From Rhodothermales bacterium (GTDB taxonomy: Bacteria > Bacteroidota > Rhodothermia > Rhodothermales > JANQRZ01): DNA of 64,000 nt. Both the position numbers and the translations under genes were made by a program. The notes beneath the pieces are model-generated. The model did not search any database, was not told where the DNA came from, and saw only the letters and a program-made list of their open reading frames with translations. This document shows positions 20,476 to 29,756 of the stretch, in pieces (the stretch's first letter is position 1; every line of letters begins with the position of its first letter). The DNA lies in assembly GCA_038232935.1 (NCBI GenBank), contig JBBSMX010000002.1, forward strand, positions 9,231-73,230, read 5' to 3'.

Positions 20476-22164
20476 ATGCGGTCATTCGCCCTCTTCTTCG
20501 TTCTGCTCCTCGTCGCTCCCGCCGCGCACGCCCAGCAGGAAGGGCTCCTCCAGATCGACGACGAGTTCAGCCGGACGCTCCAGCGGCAACGGGCGCTCGG
20601 ACGGCTCCCCGGTGCGTTTCTCGGGGCACAGCCTCTCTCGGCCTATGCGGCACACGCCTATGCCGATTCCGCCCTGGCCTCCGGCGGCCCCCTCAGCACA
20701 GTGGACCGGACGCTGCTGCAACGCCTCACCGGGCGCACCGCCGGACCCGGCGTCGGCACCGTCCGCCGTCTCACCCCGCTCCTCTATGGCGACGGCAACA
20801 GCTTCTACTCGGCCCGCGGCGAGGACTACGCAGTCGAAGTCTCTCCGCTGGCTCTCCTCTCCTATGGCCGCGCGCGCCAGTCGGAGCTAGAAGGTCGTGA
20901 GGCGACGGTCCCCGTGTGGCAGAACACCCGCGGCCTGCGTGCGGCCGGTCATGTCGGAGGCCACATCTTCTTCGAGGCCCGGCTCGAAGAGAATCAACGG
21001 CGGCCGGTCCAGACAGCGTACGACCGACAGGTGCTGACGGCACCCCGGCTCGGGAACAGTAAGCTCCAGGACGGCACCACGTACGACTACTTCGTCGCGA
21101 CCGGCGTAGTGGGATTCAGGAGCAAGCATTTCGAGGCCCGCTTCGGCCGTGACCGGAACGAGTGGGGGTTCGGCCGCACGAGCCTCATCCTCTCGAACTA
21201 CGCCACGGTATACGACCACCTCCAGCTGCGAACGCAGTTCTGGCGCCTTCACTACACCAACCAGTTCGCTCAGTTCGTCGCCTTCCGGCCGGACAACGAA
21301 CCCATCGATTCCATCGTCCCCCGTAAGTACGGCGTATTCCACCGCCTTGCACTCGACCTCCCGGCCCGCGTTCAGCTCGAAATCTTCGAGTCCGTCATCT
21401 TCGCCACGGACACCACGGGCGCGGGTCGCCGCTCGGGGTTCGACCTCGCCTACCTCAACCCGATTATCTTTTACCGCGCCGTCGAGCACGACCTCGGCAG
21501 CCCGGACAACGCGCTCCTCGGGGCGGGCGGCTCATGGGTCGCCACGCCCGGCGTGGAGGTCTACGGCCAGTTCATCATCGACGAACTCACCGTCAGCGAG
21601 TTCACCAACGATTGGTGGGGGAACAAGTGGGGCTACCTCCTCGGGCTCTACCTCGTGGACCCGGGCGTCGGCGAGACGCGGCTGCACAATTTCGATCTGC
21701 GGGTCGAATATGCCCGGCAGCGGCCTTTCCTCTACGGCCACCGCACCGAGGCTACGGCTTACGTCCACTACGGCGACTACCTCGGCCACCCGGCCGGGCC
21801 GAACTCGTCGGACCTCGCCGTGTTCGCTAATTACCGGCCCTGGCCGCGCCTGCTCACCGCGTTGAACCTGGCGTTCACGAAGCGCGGGCGCGACCCCGAG
21901 GGCGAGGTCTTCGGCGCAGACCCGACTCGCTCGTACATCCTGCGTGACCGCGACCGCGACCGCATGACCACGACGCTCCAGGGCGTGCGGCAAAACATCG
22001 TCCTCGCGGAAGCCCACGTCGGCTACGAACTGTTGCCTACGCTCTTCGTGGAGGGCGTGCTCCGCGCTGAGTCCGTAGACGACGCCGAGCGTGGGCTCGG
22101 CCGCTACGTGGCCCCTTTCGCCTCTCTCCGCTGGGGTCTCCCCTTCCAGAGCGTGCGGTATTAG
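20476..22164 (+). CDS. outer-membrane protein, capsule-assembly Wzi-like
   Basis: Internal ATG 20476 gives MRSFALFFVLLLVAPAAHAQQ. Wzi-like blocks (NPIIFYRAVEHDLGSPDNALLG, WWGNKWGYLLGLY). Family assignment from memory. Confidence 0.5.
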   Translation: MRSFALFFVLLLVAPAAHAQQEGLLQIDDEFSRTLQRQRALGRLPGAFLGAQPLSAYAAHAYADSALASGGPLSTVDRTLLQRLTGRTAGPGVGTVRRLTPLLYGDGNSFYSARGEDYAVEVSPLALLSYGRARQSELEGREATVPVWQNTRGLRAAGHVGGHIFFEARLEENQRRPVQTAYDRQVLTAPRLGNSKLQDGTTYDYFVATGVVGFRSKHFEARFGRDRNEWGFGRTSLILSNYATVYDHLQLRTQFWRLHYTNQFAQFVAFRPDNEPIDSIVPRKYGVFHRLALDLPARVQLEIFESVIFATDTTGAGRRSGFDLAYLNPIIFYRAVEHDLGSPDNALLGAGGSWVATPGVEVYGQFIIDELTVSEFTNDWWGNKWGYLLGLYLVDPGVGETRLHNFDLRVEYARQRPFLYGHRTEATAYVHYGDYLGHPAGPNSSDLAVFANYRPWPRLLTALNLAFTKRGRDPEGEVFGADPTRSYILRDRDRDRMTTTLQGVRQNIVLAEAHVGYELLPTLFVEGVLRAESVDDAERGLGRYVAPFASLRWGLPFQSVRY

Positions 22165-22299
22165 GCAACCCGAGTTGTGTGGTGTGCTGTAGGAGCGGGG
22201 TGAGGCTGAGCGTGAGAACGAAGAGGACCACCCCCAACTCGAAAGGATTCCAATCAGAACCCATTCCCGGCAGAAGGTCGACGCCTAAGTCGCGGATTC

Positions 22300-23013
22300 C
22301 TAGCGGTGTGCGCTGGAGCGCGGGACGCCCTCGGCGGTGAGGAGGAGGCCCACCACATCGGGCGTCACGTCCACGATGAGGTCGGCCCCGTCGCGCCGGA
22401 GCTCATCCTCGGTGCCGAACCCGCAGAGCACACCGATCGTCTGCGCCCCGGCCGACTTCCCGGCGAGGATGTCGACTACGGTGTCGCCGATCATCACACA
22501 CTCCTCCGGCGCGACGCCCATCCGCTCGGCCGCGTAGACGACCGGGTCCGGGTACGGCTTCATCCGCTCCGTCGTCTGCGCCGTGACGAGGGCGGTGAAG
22601 GGCTCGCGGATGCCGAAGTGCGCGAAGAACGCCTCCACGCGCTCGGCCCCGCCGGTCGAGATGGCACACATCGGGAAGTGCGCGGCGAGGGTCCGGATCA
22701 TCGCGTCGATGCCGGGTACGACGAGGTGCTCCCCCGACGCGGTTTCTGTCCTCTTGAGCCGGCCGAGGTAGTTCCGCACCTGCGCCAGTTCGTCGTCGAT
22801 GCCGAGCCGGTCGGCCAACCCGTAGAGGGTGTTCACCGGCGACTCGGCGTCCATCACGATCCGCCGCGCGAGCTGCCGCGCGGAGCGTCCGCTCAGGAGG
22901 GGCAGGCGGCCGAGGAACCCGGCGATACGGCCGACGAGCTGGTCGTCGGTGTCGGAGAGGGTGCCGTCCACGTCGAAACAGAGGGCGCGGACGCGCGCGG
23001 GGTCAAAGGGCAT
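22300..23013 (-). CDS. HAD-superfamily hydrolase (phosphoglycolate phosphatase-like)
   Basis: ATG 23013. Motif I FDVDGTLSDT, motif III/IV region CVMIGDTVVDILAGKSAGA. Confidence 0.8.
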   Translation of the reverse strand: MPFDPARVRALCFDVDGTLSDTDDQLVGRIAGFLGRLPLLSGRSARQLARRIVMDAESPVNTLYGLADRLGIDDELAQVRNYLGRLKRTETASGEHLVVPGIDAMIRTLAAHFPMCAISTGGAERVEAFFAHFGIREPFTALVTAQTTERMKPYPDPVVYAAERMGVAPEECVMIGDTVVDILAGKSAGAQTIGVLCGFGTEDELRRDGADLIVDVTPDVVGLLLTAEGVPRSSAHR

Positions 23014-23109
23014 ATCCGATTTTGGCTTGGGGATTTCTGACTGGGGGTTGGGAGGTTGCCGGCAATCGGAAATCCAAAATCTCAGGACGTCCGCACAGGG
23101 CAATGTTCA

Positions 23110-23284
23110 TGTCATCCCGAGCGAAGCGCCATCGGGGCGTAGCCAAGGGATCTCTCCGGGGAGACCTGCGACAGATAGCTGAAGCCGTGCCCGCAAAGAT
23201 GGGCTTCGCCGAGCCTCCGGGTTCTTCGGTTGCAGCCGGAGCCTGCCCTGAGCGCAGCCGAAGGGGCCTCCACTCAGGATGACA
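23110..23284. repeat. MITE-like palindromic element
   Basis: Terminal inverted repeats tgtcatcccgagcg (23110) and cactcaggatgaca (23271..23284), 12/14 complementary. There is an internal second copy of the ccYgagcgMagc box (ccctgagcgcagccgaagg). Confidence 0.35.
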
Positions 23285-23312
23285 GTTTCCGTGCCTTTGC
23301 GCAAGTCCTGAT

Positions 23313-25124
23313 CTAAAATCCGACCGGCGTCACGTCGCGTCGCCGGTCGAAGGCCCCGATGAGGCTGCCGTCGGGCTGAACGTGGATGGCCGAGACGGCG
23401 CCGGTGTTGCCGAAGGGGTCGAGCGTCCACCCGAGCGCTTCGAGGCTGTCGAGCGCGGCGGCGCGGAAGCCGCTGCCGGGCGCGCCGTCGGGGGCCGTCA
23501 CGTCGGTCTCGTAGCTGAGCACGTCCGGCCGCCACTGGTGGTGGAACCGCGACGCCGCTACGGCCTCGGGCAGCGTGAGGCCGAAGTCGATGACGCCCGT
23601 GATCGTCTGGAAGACCGTCGTGATGATCCGCGTGCCGCCGGGCGAGCCAACGACGAGGAACAGCTCACCGTCGGGGTTCTCCACAATCGTCGGCGTCATC
23701 GACGAGAGCATCCGCTTGCCCGGCGCGACGGCGTTCGTCTCAGCCGTCACGCTGCCCCACAGGTTCGGCGCACCGGGCTTGGCGGTGAAGTCGTCCATCT
23801 CGTCGTTGAGGAAGAAACCCGCGCCGTCCACGGCCACCTTCGAGCCGAACCAGTCGTTGATGGTCGTGGTCAGGCTGACGGCGTTTCCCTCGGCATCAAC
23901 GACGGAGAAATGCGTCGTCTCGGTCGATTCGGCGGGCACTGCGCCGGGCGGTACGCCTTCGGTGACGCGCTCGCTCGGGGTCGCGTGCTTCGGGTTGAAG
24001 CTCGCCATCCGGCTCCGCATGTACGCCTTCGAGAGCAGGCCGGCGACGGGCACCTCCACGAAGTCCGGATCGCCGAGCCACACGGCACGGTCGGCGTAGA
24101 CACGGCGCTCGGCCTCGGCCATCCGGTGCATCGAGGCGGCGGTGTGGAAGCCGAGCGCGCCGAGGTCACCCGGCTCCATCGCGTTGAGGAGTTGGAGGAG
24201 CGCGATCCCGCCCGACGACGGCGGCGGCATCGAGATCAGGCGGTAGTCCCGGTACGTCCCGCGCACGGGCGCGCGCTCGACCGGCTCGTACGCTTCGAGG
24301 TCGGCGTGGGTGACGAGGCCGCCGCCGCGCTCCATCTCGGCCACGATGAGGTCGGCCGTGCGGCCCCGGTAGAACCCGTCGCGCCCCTCGTCGCCGATGC
24401 GACGGAGCACGTCGGCGAGGTCGCGTTGCACGAACGTCTCACCGGGGACGAAGTAGGACGAATCGGCTTTGATGAAATACTTCGTCGTACTCGGGAAGTC
24501 GAGGAAGTCGTTGCGGTAGCGGTTGAGGTGGCCGGCCTGCATCTCTGTCAGCCGGAAGCCATCGGCGGCCAGCCGGATCGCCGGATCGATCAGCTCGGCG
24601 AGCGGCATCGTGCCGTAGGTGTCGAGCGCGCGGAGGAGGCCGGCGACGGTGCCGGGCACGCCCGAGGCGAGGTGACCCGTCCGGCTCCGGCTGCGCACCG
24701 GCTCGCCATCCTCCCCGAGAAACATGTCGCGCGTGGCGGCGGCCGGCGCGACCTCGCGGAAGTCGAGCGTCGTCGCCGTGCCATCGGCGAAGCGGAGCAC
24801 CATGAACCCGCCGCCGCCGACGTTACCGGCCTTCGGGAGCGTGACGGCAAGGGCGAATGCGGTCGCAACGGCCGCGTCTACGGCGTTGCCCCCACGTTGA
24901 AGCACCTCCATCCCGACCCGCGACGCCTCCGGGTGCCCCGACACCACCATCCCGTGCGCCGCCGTCACCCCGTCCGGCCGGGTCGTGTCCGCCACCATCA
25001 CGGTGCGCGCGGCGGGCTCGGCCCGCTCCTCCGGCCCTACGCCGACGTGGGAGGCGAGCAGGAAGCATCCGGCCAGCAGGACAGGCAGGAGGAGGGCGAG
25101 CAGGCGCGAAGAGCGAGCGGTCAC
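23313..25124 (-). CDS. ggt: gamma-glutamyltransferase
   Basis: Autoprocessing/nucleophile region ESTETTHFSVVDAEGNAVSLTTTIN. PGKRMLSSMTP, GSPGG. GTG 25124 gives VTARSSRLLALLLPVLLAGC signal/lipobox. Confidence 0.9.
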   Translation of the reverse strand: MTARSSRLLALLLPVLLAGCFLLASHVGVGPEERAEPAARTVMVADTTRPDGVTAAHGMVVSGHPEASRVGMEVLQRGGNAVDAAVATAFALAVTLPKAGNVGGGGFMVLRFADGTATTLDFREVAPAAATRDMFLGEDGEPVRSRSRTGHLASGVPGTVAGLLRALDTYGTMPLAELIDPAIRLAADGFRLTEMQAGHLNRYRNDFLDFPSTTKYFIKADSSYFVPGETFVQRDLADVLRRIGDEGRDGFYRGRTADLIVAEMERGGGLVTHADLEAYEPVERAPVRGTYRDYRLISMPPPSSGGIALLQLLNAMEPGDLGALGFHTAASMHRMAEAERRVYADRAVWLGDPDFVEVPVAGLLSKAYMRSRMASFNPKHATPSERVTEGVPPGAVPAESTETTHFSVVDAEGNAVSLTTTINDWFGSKVAVDGAGFFLNDEMDDFTAKPGAPNLWGSVTAETNAVAPGKRMLSSMTPTIVENPDGELFLVVGSPGGTRIITTVFQTITGVIDFGLTLPEAVAASRFHHQWRPDVLSYETDVTAPDGAPGSGFRAAALDSLEALGWTLDPFGNTGAVSAIHVQPDGSLIGAFDRRRDVTPVGF

Positions 25125-25550
25125 GGGCGGTTCGAGAGTGAGATTTCGGAAGGGCAGATGCGAAACTACCTGCACGGGCGCGCAGCGGCAACGGACTCTT
25201 TCACGATTCCACCGTTTCGCTGTCACGCAGGCTCGTCCAAAGCAGCACGTAAACGGCCGAGAGCCGCGTTGGTGTCCCACCTTCGATCTCACGGCAAGAT
25301 CCTTGTTGAGACATCAGACGTGACGGTCGCACGGCGAATCCGGCGACGCCTCCCACCACCAACACCCTCCTGCGATGCCTGCTTACGGACGCTTTATTGC
25401 CACGATGTACTCCGGTGTCGGACTCGTTGGACTCACCCTCCTGTGGGTGTTCCAGACGGCCCCCTGACCGACTGCACCCTGTAGTATGCTGCCCCTGTGG
25501 CGCGGCCGACGTGGAGTTCGGTCGCGCCACTTTCGTTGTTGTCGAGTTCA

Positions 25551-25597
25551 GTACACGACAGAAGTCGTATGGACTGCGGACGACTTCTGTCGTGTAC
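25551..25597. repeat. perfect 18-bp inverted repeat (hairpin) flanked by 9-bp direct repeats
   Basis: gtacacgacagaagtcgt (25551..25568) pairs with acgacttctgtcgtgtac (25580..25597), 11-nt loop. gttgtcgag occurs at 25538..25546 and again at 25602..25610. Confidence 0.7.
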
Positions 25598-25710
25598 GGA
25601 GGTTGTCGAGAGCAGAGAGAGAAATCGAGCCGGAAGGGCGTGCGCGAATCGGTGCGGGGAGCTATCATTTGTCTCACGCTCCCGCCCCGCATACACCCGC
25701 CGCTCGCCGC

Positions 25711-27525
25711 ATGGCCCTCGCCCCTCTCGACTGGCTCATCGTCGGCGGCTACCTCGCGTTCTCGCTCGGCCTCGCGTTCTACTTCTACCGCCGCGCCGGG
25801 CGCGACACGGGCGAGTTCTTCCTCGGGGGCCGCGACCTGCCGTGGTGGCTCGCCGGGACGAGCATGGTCGCCACGACGTTCGCCGCCGACACGCCGCTCG
25901 CGGTGACGGAGCTCGTGGCGAACGAGGGGATCGCGGGCAACTGGCTGTGGTGGTACGCCGCCATCGGGGCGATGGGAACGGTCTTCTTCTTCGCCCGGCT
26001 GTGGCGGCGCAGCGGCGTGCTGACGGACGTGGAGTTCGTAGAGCTGCGCTACGCCGGGCCGCCCGCCGCCGCCCTCCGCGGGATCAAAGCCGTCTATTTC
26101 GGCCTCTTCATGAACGGCGTCATCATCGGCTGGGTGACGCTCGCGATGGAGACGGTCGTCCGCGTGCTCTTCCCCGGCCTCGCCTTCTTCGGCCACGCGT
26201 CGGTCGGCGTCCTCGGGCTGGAGGTCGGCGCGCCGATGGCCGTCGTCGGAGTGCTGACGTTGCTGGTGGCGGCGTATTCGCTCGCCTCCGGGCTCTGGGG
26301 CATCGCCGTCACCGACATGTTCCAGTTCGCGATGGCGATGACGGGGTCGATTGCCCTCGCGTTCTTCGCGCTCGGCCTCCCGTCGGTCGGCGGGATCGGT
26401 GGCCTCATGGCGAAGCTGCCGGCCTCGACGTTCCGCTTCTTCCCCGAAGTCGGGACGGGCGCGAGCATGGCCGAGAGCGCGGGCGTGCTGACGCTCTCGG
26501 CGGCGGCGTTCGCAGCGTACGTCGGCGTGCAGTGGTGGGCGAGCTGGTATCCGGGGCAGGAGCCGGGCGGCGGCGGCTACGTCGCCCAGCGGATGCTGAG
26601 CACCCGCTGTGAACGCGATTCCCTGCTGGCGACGCTGTGGTTCGCCGTGGCGCACTACTGCCTGCGGCCGTGGCCGTGGATCGTCGTCGCCCTCTGCGCG
26701 CTCGTCCTCTACCCCGGCCTCGACGCGCCGCGTGAGGGCTACGTCCTCGTGATGCGCGAGACGCTGCCGCCCGGCCTGCTCGGCCTCCTCTTCGCCGCCT
26801 TCCTCGCCGCGTTCATGAGCACGATCTCGACGCAGCTCAACTGGGGCACGTCGTACCTCGTGAACGACCTCTACCGCCGCTTCGCCGTCCGCGACCGGAG
26901 CGAGCGGCACTACGTCGCGGCCTCGCGGTGGATCACGTTCGGCCTCGCCGTGTCCGGCTTCCTCGTGGCCCAAGGGCTCGACTCGATCAGCGGGGCGTGG
27001 GGCCTCGTGCTGAGCGCGTCGGCCGGGCTCGGGCTCGTCCTCATCCTGCGGTGGTACTGGTGGCGGGTGAACGCGTGGAGCGAGCTGGCCGCGACGCTCA
27101 CGCCGCTCCTGCTCGTCGCGCTACAGCTCGCGGGCGTGCCAGTCCCCTTCCTCACCGCTGACTTCCCCGCCAACCTCTTCGGCATCACCGCCATCACGAC
27201 GGCCGTCTGGCTCGCTATCACCTTCCTCACCCGCCCCACCGACCCGGCGCGGCTCGACGCATTCTACCAGCGCGTACGGCCGGGCGGTCCCGGCTGGCGA
27301 CCCGTTGCCGCGCGGAACACGGACGTGACGCCGGACGCGGGGCTGGGGCGGCTCGGCGCGTATTGGTTCGTAGGGAGCGCCGTGGTCTATCTGACGTTGT
27401 TCGGGACGGGCCACGTCATCCTCGGTCGGCACGGGACGGGCCTCGCCTTCCTGCTCGCCGCCGCGTTCGCCCTCGGCTGGCTGCTGCGCGACCTCGCCCG
27501 ACAGGACGAGGGCGTGCTCCGCTGA
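25711..27525 (+). CDS. sodium:solute symporter family (SSF) transporter
   Basis: ATG 25711. MALAPLDWLIVGGYLAFSLGLAFYFYRRAGRDTGEFFLGGRDLPWW is the typical SSF N-terminus, with about 13 hydrophobic segments. Confidence 0.8.
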   Translation: MALAPLDWLIVGGYLAFSLGLAFYFYRRAGRDTGEFFLGGRDLPWWLAGTSMVATTFAADTPLAVTELVANEGIAGNWLWWYAAIGAMGTVFFFARLWRRSGVLTDVEFVELRYAGPPAAALRGIKAVYFGLFMNGVIIGWVTLAMETVVRVLFPGLAFFGHASVGVLGLEVGAPMAVVGVLTLLVAAYSLASGLWGIAVTDMFQFAMAMTGSIALAFFALGLPSVGGIGGLMAKLPASTFRFFPEVGTGASMAESAGVLTLSAAAFAAYVGVQWWASWYPGQEPGGGGYVAQRMLSTRCERDSLLATLWFAVAHYCLRPWPWIVVALCALVLYPGLDAPREGYVLVMRETLPPGLLGLLFAAFLAAFMSTISTQLNWGTSYLVNDLYRRFAVRDRSERHYVAASRWITFGLAVSGFLVAQGLDSISGAWGLVLSASAGLGLVLILRWYWWRVNAWSELAATLTPLLLVALQLAGVPVPFLTADFPANLFGITAITTAVWLAITFLTRPTDPARLDAFYQRVRPGGPGWRPVAARNTDVTPDAGLGRLGAYWFVGSAVVYLTLFGTGHVILGRHGTGLAFLLAAAFALGWLLRDLARQDEGVLR

Positions 27526-27634
27526 ACGCGTGTGAACTCACTTCGACGAGCGGGACTTCAAGCTCCGAGCGTAAACCGTAACCCCTCAGTCCGGTCTGAT
27601 CCGTCTCAGCCCGGTTTATTCAGGTCGACCGACC

Positions 27635-27865
27635 TCAGACGCTGTCTTCTGACTTCGCCCCGCTCAACAGCGCCCAGATTGCCATCGCGTGCCCGTGGCC
27701 CAACTCGAAGTCGTCTTTGAGCCACTGCACCACGCGGCCAGCTTTGACGCCCTCTTTCACCTTCCCGCCTTCGGTGAACCCCTTCTGCTCGGCAAGAGCT
27801 CGGAAGTCGGCAGGGCTTATTCCTGTTTTGGCTTGGATGTTTGTGAGGTACGTCTGGAAGGACAT
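27635..27865 (-). CDS. DUF4287 domain protein
   Basis: 76 aa. MSFQTYLTNIQAKTGISPADFRALAEQKGF...ELGHGHAMAIW matches my recollection of DUF4287. Confidence 0.7.
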   Translation of the reverse strand: MSFQTYLTNIQAKTGISPADFRALAEQKGFTEGGKVKEGVKAGRVVQWLKDDFELGHGHAMAIWALLSGAKSEDSV

Positions 27866-28060
27866 GGCGTGTTCTCAATTAGTAGGCAGGAGGCACAAGA
27901 GTCCGGTCGTCACCGGGCCGTGCCGAAAGGATGGCGAAAAGGAATGAGCGCGCGCAGTTGAGCGCGAACAGCGTGTCCCTAAACACGGCACTCCCCAGCA
28001 GTGTTATTCGGCGTTCCAACTCCCTGCCGTTCAAAGGGTCGGCCGTCGGAAGTACCTGCG

Positions 28061-29683
28061 CTACCGAACCCGGGTCACCGCTCGCGCCACCTCGAACGTC
28101 TCCCCGACGACGCGGATGAAGTAGACGCCGGCAGCGAGGGTTCGTCCGTCCAGCCGCAGTTGCAGCGCTCCGCCCGGGGCCGCCGCCACGCGGCCCTCGT
28201 AGAGCACCGCGACCCGCTCGCCCAGCGTGTTGTACACGGATACCCGCACGTCCTGCGCTTCCTCCACGATCACCTCCACCGTCGCGGCATCGGTGAAGGG
28301 GTTGGGATAGGCGGCAAGCGCGAAGGCCCCGGCGAGTACGGAGACGGGCAGCGTCCGGCTCACGACTTCGGTGCCGTCGGCGCGCCGGAGGCGGAGGCGG
28401 AACGCGTAGATCCCCTGCGGCAGCGCCCCGAGATGCACCGTGTAAGCCGCTGAGGTTTCGGGGTCGAGCGGAGCGATCTCCACGTCCACCGGCGCGAAGA
28501 CCCCGTCCGCCCCTTCGCGCTCCAGCACGGCAGCGACGAACTCGCTGCCGATGCCGAGCCGGAACGTCAGCACCACGTCGCCCTCGACCACCCGAGCGGT
28601 GAACGCGGTGAGCCCCCCTTCCAAGAGCGCCAGGCAGTCCGCACCGAGGGGCCAGCCGATGTCCTGAAAGATGGCGCACGTGAACGGGCCGGGGCTGAAG
28701 ATGGACTCGGCGCGCGCCAGCAGCGGCGTCATCAGCGAGTTGATGTCACCCGGCGGCGACACGGCCTCGTCGAGGTGGGAGAAGCTGGAGCCCGGCTCGA
28801 AGTCGGACGGGGCATAGAGGTCGATCGGGAAGGTCGTGTTGGAAGCGGAAGCGGACGGCCCGTCGAAAAAAACGTCGTCGCTTCGCAGCACGTTGCCCAA
28901 CTCGAACGACGGGTTCGGATAGACGCCGGTATCAAGCAGCGAGACGCCCTGCTCGTCCTCGGCGAAGCGGTCGAAGATGAACGGGCGCACCGCGTCCGCA
29001 CCGAACCCCCAGCAACCCTGTCTCACCGTGACCGGCCCCAACGCCTCTGCACAGCCTTCTCCTTCCTCCGTTACCACTTCGAACGAACCAAAGAACCCGA
29101 GCCCGTGCCCGAGCTCGTGAAGGACGACGGTCGCGAAATCGTACTGGCCCTGCGGCGTGTTCCCGTCCGTGCCGAAGTACCAGTCGATCACCCCGTCACT
29201 GTTGGTGTCGAGTGCGCTGTTGAATGTGGCGGTGATGTCCACGCCCGGGCAGATGTCGGAGCCGGGCGGATTCAGGTTCGTGCCGAGAATCGCCTCGGCG
29301 AGGGCGACGGGGTACCACGTGTTGCGGACGGGGAACTCGGGACGCACCTCCACGCACGCCGGGGAGGTCGCAGCGAGGGTCAGACGGTCGAGCGCCGAAT
29401 AGTCCGCCCGCACGTGGATCGGGACGGCCGACTCGATGTGCGTCGCCCAGATGCTCGCGGCGAAAGCGAACGCCGTCTCGGCTTCGGGCGGGAAGCCGTT
29501 GAGATCGAGCTCGAACTGCGCCGTCGCCACGCTACGAGCAGCCCCGACGTGCGGCGGCGACACGGACGTGAAGGCGTCGTAGTCCGCTGCGAAGAGCGTG
29601 TCGGCCAGGGGCACGGCCTGCTGCGCCCGGGCGGCAGCGCCGCAGGCGAGGGCAAACGAGATCAACAGGGCGAGGCGAGACAT
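28061..29683 (-). CDS. secreted zinc-metalloprotease-like protein with T9SS C-terminal sorting domain
   Basis: ATG 29683 (MSRLALLISFALACGAAARAQQ). HELGHGLGF zinc motif. The last ~85 aa (AAYPNPFTDAATVEVIV...VYNTLGERV...AGVYFIRV) look like a Por secretion tail. Confidence 0.7.
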   Translation of the reverse strand: MSRLALLISFALACGAAARAQQAVPLADTLFAADYDAFTSVSPPHVGAARSVATAQFELDLNGFPPEAETAFAFAASIWATHIESAVPIHVRADYSALDRLTLAATSPACVEVRPEFPVRNTWYPVALAEAILGTNLNPPGSDICPGVDITATFNSALDTNSDGVIDWYFGTDGNTPQGQYDFATVVLHELGHGLGFFGSFEVVTEEGEGCAEALGPVTVRQGCWGFGADAVRPFIFDRFAEDEQGVSLLDTGVYPNPSFELGNVLRSDDVFFDGPSASASNTTFPIDLYAPSDFEPGSSFSHLDEAVSPPGDINSLMTPLLARAESIFSPGPFTCAIFQDIGWPLGADCLALLEGGLTAFTARVVEGDVVLTFRLGIGSEFVAAVLEREGADGVFAPVDVEIAPLDPETSAAYTVHLGALPQGIYAFRLRLRRADGTEVVSRTLPVSVLAGAFALAAYPNPFTDAATVEVIVEEAQDVRVSVYNTLGERVAVLYEGRVAAAPGGALQLRLDGRTLAAGVYFIRVVGETFEVARAVTRVR

Positions 29684-29756
29684 GAGAAGTAAGAGACGTG
29701 ACGTGTCAGAGCAGGTCGGGGGCAGACGGCGCGGGACCGGCCCTACCCCGCCCTCG

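Noticed and set aside
25600-25710. Possible glycine-type riboswitch in the symporter leader (gagagcagagagag...ccggaagggcg)
   Set aside because: There is only a loose resemblance to the GGAGAG...CACCGAAGGGGCAA core. I could not find the second conserved half (CUCAGGC...GGAC) or the paired stems. It needs Infernal, so I do not claim it.
23382-26973. 700-aa (+, 23382..25484) and 590-aa (-, 25201..26973) ORFs across ggt, the spacer and the symporter
   Set aside because: Both are antisense or out-of-frame to well-supported genes and have junk-like composition. They also run through the AT-richer spacer only by chance extension.
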